Shown: positions 17,655 through 24,170 of the stretch, piece by piece
Numbering within the stretch: the stretch's first letter is position 1
Layout of the letters: each line of letters starts with the position of its first letter
Origin: a virus
Taxonomy: Duplodnaviria > Caudoviricetes
IMG/VR virus record: IMGVR_UViG_3300005281_000073
Span: 1 to 41,601 of that record
Length of the DNA stretch: 41,601 nt
Direction: 5' to 3' (one strand)
Notes under the pieces: model-generated
Told to the model about the DNA's origin: nothing
What the model saw: only the letters and a program-made list of their open reading frames with translations
The model's database searches: none
Made by a program: the position numbers and the translations under genes

Positions 17655-17755
17655 ACTAGGCAACACGGGAGGGGAGAAACCCGCCGGACGTCATGGAGGA
17701 AATGCCGTCTGGCCACTCGGTACAGCGTCGACGGTGCTGACAATGCACCGCTTAA
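17612..17755 (-). ncRNA. Putative structured sRNA 1 with anti-SD loops
   Basis: Outer stem 17723-17732/17649-17658 encloses hairpins with loops TTCCTCC and TTTCTCCCCT, followed by the terminator. Confidence 0.55.
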
Positions 17756-17787
17756 CCACCGGCATCACGGCGCGAGGTGGCGAGCTA

Positions 17788-18195
17788 TCAAGCCGAGCGC
17801 GCCACCTCATCCTCATAAAGCATGCTCACATAGGGCATCGACGGGCCGCGGCCCCTCCGCCGAATGGCCTTTATGCCCAGCTCCCGGGCAACAGGAGATC
17901 TCGGCTCCCAGATCACCGCCGGCGCCGCCAGCGGCCCCGGCTTCACATTCAGGAGACGGCGGACCGGCTCCGCAGACGTCATCTGCCGCGCCGAGAGCCG
18001 AGCCAGCGCGTGCTGCGCCTGCTCCACCGCCTGCTGCACCTCCCGAATTGTCACGCCGAACTCCGCGGCCACCTCGTGATACGCCGCGCCGGCGAACACC
18101 GCCCTCGCTATCCGATTTGACAGATCCGACCTTGCTCTTACGCGCACATTCATGGAGACAAGCCTCGCGATCTTCCCACGCACCCCAATCGCCAA
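17788..18195 (-). CDS. Putative HTH-containing protein (start uncertain)
   Basis: IARAVFAGAAYHEVAAEFGVTIREVQQAV is HTH-like. An overlapping ORF at 17813..18238 has the better RBS. Confidence 0.55.
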   Translation of the reverse strand: MAIGVRGKIARLVSMNVRVRARSDLSNRIARAVFAGAAYHEVAAEFGVTIREVQQAVEQAQHALARLSARQMTSAEPVRRLLNVKPGPLAAPAVIWEPRSPVARELGIKAIRRRGRGPSMPYVSMLYEDEVARSA

Positions 18196-18212
18196 TGGCG
18201 ATTTTCCAGAGC

Positions 18213-18956
18213 TTACGGGTCCACTTGATTTCCGGCATTACCGGCGACCTCCTTTAGGAGGCCATCGACGAACGCGATGCGCTCGCCAATCCATTCCATG
18301 GCATTGACCGCCATCGAGTTTCCCAGCGCCTTGTAGCGCGGGCCATCGGCGGCTGGCTTGCCGCGATAGGGAACCAGCGTGTAATCGTCCGGGAACCCCT
18401 GCAGGCGCTCGCACTCCCGCGGCGTGAGCCGCCGCACCGCCCATGGCGTGGCGAGATAGCTCCGGCTCGAGCCGCCGCTCGAGGCGCGGATGTTTGCCGT
18501 ATCGTGAGGCCCTTCCGGAACAGCGCCCTCCTCTCGACCGCGCAGATCGAATGCCACAGCTTGCGCGACATGCGGGAACTGATCCGACAGCCCACGGCCA
18601 TGATCAGCCTTCAGAGTCGGGAACACTTCACTGCTAGGATCCGAACCGGCACCGCGAGCCGCATTGCCCGGCTGAAACGCCACCGCAGGCATCACGCCGG
18701 CGTTTGCATGGCTTTCGCTGTGGCCACCGGCACGAAGCGTCGGGGATACCCCGACGCTCGCATCGGCACCGTGATCCTTCGATGAGAAGGCAATGGGCAA
18801 TGCTACGACTGTGCTCTCTCGTGCCCCGCCACCGCCAGCGTCGTCGCCCTTGCGGACTGTTGCCGCAGTAACAGCTTCATCCCACCAGCCTTGGCCCGTA
18901 TTGTTGAAAGCGACCGATGCGGCCTCGATGCCGCTGCAGACGGAAAGGAATTGCAT
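18213..18956 (-). pseudogene. C5 DNA cytosine methyltransferase with an in-frame deletion of the catalytic core
   Basis: Motif I (FLSVCSGIEAASVA) joins directly to variable-region repeats and motifs IX-X (RRLTPRECERLQGFPD...RYKALGNSMAV). No PC, ENV or Q.R.R motifs are present. Confidence 0.85.
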
Positions 18957-19046
18957 AGTGACCCCTCCCTGCGAAAGACGGGATCACTCGACCAAGCGGC
19001 CGCCGGTGGCACGAAGGCATGAGGTGGCAGGCTCGCTAGGAGAGCA

Positions 19047-19098
19047 CGCCAGCACGCACAGAAAAAGCCCCAGCACGAGGCTGGGGCTTGTCGTCGAC
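19047..19098 (-). terminator. Intrinsic terminator within a 52-bp direct repeat (copy 2)
   Basis: Identical to 17603..17654. Confidence 0.85.
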
Positions 19099-19175
19099 GC
19101 TGCGGCGCTGCAGGCGGGAGGGGAACCAATCGCCATCGGAGGAGGATGACGTACAGGGTGCGCAACGCCGCCTCA
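19056..19175 (-). ncRNA. Putative structured sRNA 2 with anti-SD loops
   Basis: Outer stem GCGGCGTTGC/GCAGCGCCGC (19171-19162/19111-19102), hairpin CGTCATC-CTCCTCC-GATGGCG, a TCCCCTCCCG tract, then the terminator. Confidence 0.55.
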
Positions 19176-19249
19176 TCGCAAATCAACCATGCCATCCCGC
19201 GACCGTGGCCGCACGGCACGAGGTGGCGGAAACGTTGCGGCAACCGCGC

Positions 19250-19269
19250 CACCTCAACGCCACCTCAAC
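19250..19269 (+). repeat. Putative integrase arm-type sites, left of the att core
   Basis: CACCTCAACGCCACCTCAAC, repeated exactly at 19528..19547. Confidence 0.75.
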
Positions 19270-19407
19270 CAGCGGACACGGTTTTACCCTCTATTTGTTC
19301 CCATCGGTGCGGCTGAATGCGGACCAATGCCGGAAAGAATACCGAGGCAGATCAGCGGCTTATCGCGCAAGTGTCAGAAATTGCAGTGTTTTCGGAATTG
19401 GCCGGAT

Positions 19408-19457
<50 letters not shown>

Positions 19458-19527
19458 TCAAAAATCCCCGACAGATCAGGAAGTTACAACGCCGGGTGAA
19501 GATGATCGCCAGAGGCGTCCAAAACTT

Positions 19528-19547
19528 CACCTCAACGCCACCTCAAC
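19528..19547 (+). repeat. Putative integrase arm-type sites, right of the att core
   Basis: Second copy of CACCTCAACGCCACCTCAAC; overlaps the stop codon of the Dam-like gene. Confidence 0.75.
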
Positions 19548-20355
19548 ATTTTGCGCGTTCTCCGGACGCGGAAAACAGAGGCAGCGGATCCGCGAAATTG
19601 CACCAGATGACCTCGGTCCGCCGACCGGCACGATCCGCCAGCGCCGCGATCTCAATGCGGCGCCAGTCCGCCAACGCCTCGTCGTAGAGCGCCGATGCGT
19701 AGCCAGAGAGCACGACCGCACCTCGAAGGCTACGGAGCACCTCGAGCAATTCCTCGTGGTCGCGCCTAGTCATTTCGTGCCGGTAGTCGCGGCCAGCGTC
19801 CCGCGTCTCTGGCAAGTATGGCGGATCGACATAGTGGACCGTTTGCGGCCCATCATGCGCTCGCATCACGTCGATGGCCGGCCGACACTCGATCACTACG
19901 CCACGCATGCGCTCTCCCGTGGCGCGAACCGTCTCCGGTAACGTCATCCACGTATGAACCGGCAGCGTTCGAGCTCGCAGCCCAGCGCCGCGGAAGCCCG
20001 TCGATCGATGAATGCCAGAGGATCCGTGCCCGAAGTGCGAGCGGATAAGCACGCGCCTGGCACGCTCGAGATCGTCATCCGTTGACTGGTAAGCCAGACG
20101 GTGCTCCTCGCGCGCCCATGGCGTCCAATAGACCGCCTCCGCCAGCCGTTCCGGCTGGTCTCGCAGAACGCGGAACAAGGCAACCATGTCGCCATCAAGA
20201 TCGTTATAGACCTCGAGCCGAGATCTCGGCTTTGCCAGGAGGACGGCCGCACCACCGCCGAATGGCTCGACATAGCAATCATGCGGCGGGAAAAGCGCGA
20301 TGATCCGCTCCGCCAGCCGCACCTTGCCGCCGTGATAACGAACAATTGCGCCCAT
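19543..20355 (-). CDS. DNA adenine methyltransferase (D12/Dam-like)
   Basis: RYHGGK, YVEPFGGGAAV, EVYNDLD, YVDPPY and LSGY. Confidence 0.93.
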   Translation of the reverse strand: MGAIVRYHGGKVRLAERIIALFPPHDCYVEPFGGGAAVLLAKPRSRLEVYNDLDGDMVALFRVLRDQPERLAEAVYWTPWAREEHRLAYQSTDDDLERARRVLIRSHFGHGSSGIHRSTGFRGAGLRARTLPVHTWMTLPETVRATGERMRGVVIECRPAIDVMRAHDGPQTVHYVDPPYLPETRDAGRDYRHEMTRRDHEELLEVLRSLRGAVVLSGYASALYDEALADWRRIEIAALADRAGRRTEVIWCNFADPLPLFSASGERAKC

Positions 20356-20357
20356 AT

Positions 20358-20594
20358 TCAGCTGATAAGCCCCGCCTGGCGCAGCCTCTGGCGCAGATGC
20401 GCCCGGACGTTCGCCACTCGCATGCGGCTGCTCGGCGTCGACGCCACCGGCCAGCGCACGCTGCCTATGCGGAGGATCGGATGGCCCTTGCCGCGCGGCG
20501 GCTCCAGCTCGTAGTCGAGCCCCAGCTCCTCGAGCAGCCGCGTCGCCTCGACGAAATCCGGATTTTTACGGACCTCCTGGATTAGCCTGTTCAT
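20358..20594 (-). CDS. HicA-like small protein
   Basis: LEELG...RGKGHPILRI......VASTPS......N.RA.LR fits a HicA/dsRBD-like pattern with a conserved His. Confidence 0.55.
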   Translation of the reverse strand: MNRLIQEVRKNPDFVEATRLLEELGLDYELEPPRGKGHPILRIGSVRWPVASTPSSRMRVANVRAHLRQRLRQAGLIS

Positions 20595-20821
20595 TCCGCG
20601 CTCCGCACGTCACGCTCGAGGCAAGCGAGCGCCTCGACCATCGGCGCGTAATAAGCGGCGTATCTGCCGCCTTTGCCGTCGCGCAAACTTCGATAGAAGG
20701 AAAGCCAGCGCCCGAGCGCGCTGACCGGGAAGGAACTTTGCCAGCCGCCGCGGCGCACATAGACCGTGCGCCCGTCTTCTGACAGCCATGCCTGCGGCGC
20801 CTCCGTGCCCGTCAAAACCAT
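20591..20821 (-). CDS. Hypothetical protein
   Basis: Stop overlaps the next start (ATGA); the exact start is uncertain. Confidence 0.6.
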   Translation of the reverse strand: MVLTGTEAPQAWLSEDGRTVYVRRGGWQSSFPVSALGRWLSFYRSLRDGKGGRYAAYYAPMVEALACLERDVRSAE

Positions 20822-20952
20822 ATGAGCACGGAAAGTGCGATGCCAGCCAAGCAACCGCACGCGAAACCCAGCACGAGCGCGCCAGTGGGCGCAGCGATCG
20901 CAAGCCAGGATAGGCTGCTTTCATCACTGAAATCAGGGATCTTCTCCGACAT
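20812..20952 (-). CDS. Small membrane protein (46 aa, not in the ORF track)
   Basis: GGAGGG RBS; MSEKIPDFSDESSLSWLAIAAPTGALVLGFACGCLAGIALSVLIWF. Confidence 0.55.
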   Translation of the reverse strand: MSEKIPDFSDESSLSWLAIAAPTGALVLGFACGCLAGIALSVLIWF

Positions 20953-21100
20953 TCAGCCCTCCGCATCAGTATCGCGGGCAGAAGGCCCGCTCGCGCGCGG
21001 TGGCGGGAAGGCGCGGGCTGGCACCAGAGGTCGCGTTGCGATTCCGGCCGGTGCCCGATATGCCGATGACGGAGGTTCTGTGGTGGGATACTCAGAGAGC

Positions 21101-21122
21101 ATAAAGGCGGCGAACCGCCGCC
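21101..21122 (-). terminator. Possible terminator after the lysis genes
   Basis: GGCGGCG-GTT-CGCCGCC-TTTAT on the minus strand. Confidence 0.45.
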
Positions 21123-21236
21123 ATCGGAAGCGCAGAGAGCGGATGAGCCCGCTCCGCCGCGCCATCGTCGATGCCGCCAGCGCCACGGCCCTCACGATAG
21201 CGGCCGCGGCGCTCTGGGCCGCGATGCTCGCGCCTC

Positions 21237-21461
21237 TTATCGCTTACGTTTTGCGGTGACGCCCCGGCAGACGTCGAGCTTGTCGTAATGATTGGCGAGA
21301 TCCACGACCCACTGGTCGACGGCCGGATCATTCGCCTTGCGCAGCGCCTCGACCGCCGCCGGCGGAAGCGCCCGCAGCTCCGGGCAGCTACCCGTTACGC
21401 GCACGGTCTGACAGCCGGCGATAAGCGTCGTCAGGATCACGAGGCCGAGCGTCAATTTCAT
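21237..21461 (-). CDS. o-spanin-like lipoprotein (Rz1-like)
   Basis: Signal peptide with lipobox LIAG-C and further Cys residues; overlaps the preceding gene. Confidence 0.8.
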   Translation of the reverse strand: MKLTLGLVILTTLIAGCQTVRVTGSCPELRALPPAAVEALRKANDPAVDQWVVDLANHYDKLDVCRGVTAKRKR

Positions 21462-21690
21462 CGTATTTCTCCTGCAGCTGCTGCCGCCGGGCTTCCTCCC
21501 GGCGCTCGATTTCAGCCCGACCGTCCGCGCGGCCGCGCCGATAGCTCAAGATGCTGACCACCAGCACGAAGGCCGCGGCCAACGCCCGCCAGCCTCCGAG
21601 CACGAAGGCGCCCACGAGCACGGCCGCCGCCACCACCAGCGACCAGTGCTCGAGCAGCCACTCGAGGATTGCCCAGATGATGCCCATCAC
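21388..21690 (-). CDS. i-spanin-like membrane protein (Rz-like)
   Basis: N-terminal TM helices and a charged helical C-terminus; lies between the endolysin and the lipoprotein. Confidence 0.7.
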   Translation of the reverse strand: MMGIIWAILEWLLEHWSLVVAAAVLVGAFVLGGWRALAAAFVLVVSILSYRRGRADGRAEIERREEARRQQLQEKYDEIDARPRDPDDAYRRLSDRARNG

Positions 21691-22478
21691 GCCGGATCCG
21701 CCTGCTTACGACTGAGGACAAGGCGCCAGACCAGGAAGCCGATGAGCGCCAGCGCGGCGAGCTGCAGAATCGGCTGGTTGGCAATGGCGCCCAGGATGGT
21801 CGCGATGGCGCCAGCGATGCCCGAGAGCCCGCCGGGATCCTTGACCAGCGTATCGAGCGCGCTGGGCTCCTCGGGATAAGCCCGCTCGGGCGCCGGTTTC
21901 GGCTTCGCCACGCCCTGCGCCTGGCCCTTCGCCAGCTTGATGGCGCGGTCCGCGACGCCCGTATCGCCATCCTGCACGCCCATCTGCTCGCCCCAGATGC
22001 GGCGGCGCCAGCCCTTCCCAAACGTCTTGAAGTGTTTGAGCGACTGGACGAACTGCCAGCGGCGCTCGCAGAGCCGAAGAATGAGATCGGGAATATCCTT
22101 CACCGCGTGGACGGCCGCCAGCGTCATCGGCCCCATGATGCCGTCGACGTTCTTTCCCGAGAAACCCAGCTCCCGCTGCAGATCCTTGACCGCCTTTGCC
22201 GGGCCGGAATTCACCGCGTAGTCGAAAACGGCATAGTCGAGCCCCAGCGGCAGCTCGTCGCCGCGAACGGCGTCCCAATAATGCGCCTTGTAGATCTGCA
22301 GCGCCTCCTCGCGCGTGAGGTTCCTCACCTCCTGCTTGGTGACCTTGCGGCCGCGCCAAAGCGACAGCCGCTCCTGCGTAATGCCCATATTCGTGGCGCC
22401 GCCCGGATCCTCCGGATGATCCACATAGCCGCCTTCACTGGCGAGGATCCATTTCTGGATGGTCGCCGAAAACTCCAT
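21687..22478 (-). CDS. Endolysin, glycoside hydrolase family 108
   Basis: EGGYVDHPEDPGGATNMGIT, FDYAVNSG, LQ..LG....DGIMGP.TL and FGKGW.RR; hydrophobic C-terminus. Confidence 0.93.
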   Translation of the reverse strand: MEFSATIQKWILASEGGYVDHPEDPGGATNMGITQERLSLWRGRKVTKQEVRNLTREEALQIYKAHYWDAVRGDELPLGLDYAVFDYAVNSGPAKAVKDLQRELGFSGKNVDGIMGPMTLAAVHAVKDIPDLILRLCERRWQFVQSLKHFKTFGKGWRRRIWGEQMGVQDGDTGVADRAIKLAKGQAQGVAKPKPAPERAYPEEPSALDTLVKDPGGLSGIAGAIATILGAIANQPILQLAALALIGFLVWRLVLSRKQADPA

Positions 22479-22501
22479 GAGTTTCCCTCCTTTCAGGCAA
22501 C

Positions 22502-22526
22502 AAAAAAGCCGCCCAGCGGGCGGCTC
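22502..22526 (-). terminator. Intrinsic terminator directly upstream of the endolysin
   Basis: AGCCGCCC-GCT-GGGCGGCT-TTTTT on the minus strand. Confidence 0.75.
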
Positions 22527-22552
22527 GGAAAAAGCGCGATGGCTGCGGCGCG

Positions 22553-22681
22553 CTATGTCATGACGGCCGGCAGCAGGATCGAGAGCAGGACGAAAATCAG
22601 AAAGCCGACGCGCATGCAGTGGAGCGCGTCCTTATCCGGGCAGCTCTTTGGACGGCGCAAGATCCGGCCCTCACTCGCCAT
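22553..22681 (-). CDS. Small membrane protein (42 aa, not in the ORF track)
   Basis: MASEGRILRRPKSCPDKDALHCMRVGFLIFVLLSILLPAVMT; AGGAG RBS; overlaps the end of the holin-like gene. Confidence 0.6.
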   Translation of the reverse strand: MASEGRILRRPKSCPDKDALHCMRVGFLIFVLLSILLPAVMT

Positions 22682-23006
22682 TGGCGGTCTCCTTCCCCTT
22701 TTCGTCGATAAGCCGCTCGATCAGCGTCACGGATACCAGGCCGACCAGAAATGCCGATGCGCACAGCGTGCCCAGCGCCCCGGTCATTCCGTGCGGAATT
22801 TCGCCGATCCACGGCCGCAGCACCACCGGCCCCAACACCCCAACGCCGAAACTGGTTGCCGAGCCGATGAAAACGACGCGCAAACTCTCCTTCCATCCCG
22901 TTTTGAGAGCGGCGGATCGGACCGCGCCGCCCAGCGCGCCGAAAAAGGCGAGCAGCGCGCCCCGCTCGTTGAAGATTTCCCAGAAAACCCGCGGCCCTTC
23001 ACTCAC
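22671..23006 (-). CDS. Putative holin
   Basis: 111 aa with about three hydrophobic segments and a charged C-terminus; upstream of the endolysin. Confidence 0.65.
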   Translation of the reverse strand: MSEGPRVFWEIFNERGALLAFFGALGGAVRSAALKTGWKESLRVVFIGSATSFGVGVLGPVVLRPWIGEIPHGMTGALGTLCASAFLVGLVSVTLIERLIDEKGKETANGE

Positions 23007-23087
23007 AGCCCGCCCCCACTTTACCCGTCCCGTTTTCCGATTCGATTTTTAAGGCAAGCGGAAATGCACCGACAATTCCCGCTGTTT

Positions 23088-24158
23088 TCAGGCAACGCGA
23101 TGACCCCAGAAATAATTTTCATTGTCGAGGATCTCGCCATCGTCGCCCGTGAAATACGTGAGCACGTAGACCTTCTGGCCGGCGGTCAGCTTCAGCAGGC
23201 CGCTCACATGCACGGCGCATTTCTTGCCAGCCTCGGCCACCGCGATGACCCGCCGGTTTGCCGCCGGCACGTCGAAATCGATGGAAAGCCCGGCCATGAT
23301 TTCGCTGGTGCTGGCCGTTTCCGATTCAGCGACGAAATACGCCCCGAACTGGTAGTAGCCAGCCGCCGGCGCGACGAACGAGCTATCCACCGCATCGAAC
23401 GCTGAATAGTCGTTGTGCACCGCATTGTTGAACGGCACCTTGGCCCAGCCATCCGCCGTCACAGGGAAATTCGGAGCGTTCCAGTTCATATAGGCGGAGA
23501 ACTTCGGCGCCTGCGGCAGCGAGACCTGCCCGCTCTGGTCATCGACCACCAGCGCGTCCTTGAAATTCGAGCCGTCCGGCGAGACCTTAAGCGTGAAATC
23601 ATCCGAGCCCAGCAGGCCGAACAGCGCGCGCGTCGACCAGTTGCTCTGGAAGATGAAGCCCGCGTCCTTCGCCGCGCCCGACTTGTTCAGCTTGGCGTGG
23701 ATATCGCCCGAGCCGGGCGTGACGTCATCGTGCGAGAACAGCACGGCATCGGATTTCACCGCCAGGCGATTCGTCGTGTCTGCCGTGGTATTGACGCCGA
23801 ACAGGGAGAATGAGCTGCCGCTGATCACGGACCAGCTCGAGGCGCCGCGCGCCAGCAGCACGCCCTCGTCCTCTACCCAGCAGAGCCATCCCGGACGCGC
23901 GACGAGCCGCCACCAGGTGCCATCGGCGAACATGGCGATATCGCCCGACCACCCGTTCCATGCGCCGCTGGCGCCAGCGGCCACGAGATATCGGTCTCCG
24001 TCCGCCGGCGCGCCCGGCGGCGTGTTGAGGTTCCGGTCCTTGACGGAGAGCTGCACGATGCCGTCCAGCAAGCGCAGCGCCTCGTTGTGCGTGACATGCT
24101 TCTGCGCCTGGGCCGCCAGAATATACGGCAAGCCCAGCAGCGGCGTGTTATCAGCCAT
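23088..24158 (-). CDS. DUF2793 tail-fibre-type protein
   Basis: TPLLGLPYILAAQAQKHVTHNEALRLLD...PP..P..GDRY.V; C-terminal C1q/TNF-like beta domain (F.AP..GYY.F). Confidence 0.9.
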   Translation of the reverse strand: MADNTPLLGLPYILAAQAQKHVTHNEALRLLDGIVQLSVKDRNLNTPPGAPADGDRYLVAAGASGAWNGWSGDIAMFADGTWWRLVARPGWLCWVEDEGVLLARGASSWSVISGSSFSLFGVNTTADTTNRLAVKSDAVLFSHDDVTPGSGDIHAKLNKSGAAKDAGFIFQSNWSTRALFGLLGSDDFTLKVSPDGSNFKDALVVDDQSGQVSLPQAPKFSAYMNWNAPNFPVTADGWAKVPFNNAVHNDYSAFDAVDSSFVAPAAGYYQFGAYFVAESETASTSEIMAGLSIDFDVPAANRRVIAVAEAGKKCAVHVSGLLKLTAGQKVYVLTYFTGDDGEILDNENYFWGHRVA

Positions 24159-24170
24159 CGGAAAGACCCC

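Noticed and set aside
17603-19098. CRISPR array or attL/attR of an internal element
   Set aside because: There are only two copies, 1.4 kb apart, and each is a terminator hairpin. No cas genes or dedicated recombinase lie between them.
19175-19185. Third TCGCA-N4-TGCGA operator near sRNA2
   Set aside because: It shares TCATCGCAAATC with 4378-4389, but the second half-site is absent, so the match may be chance.
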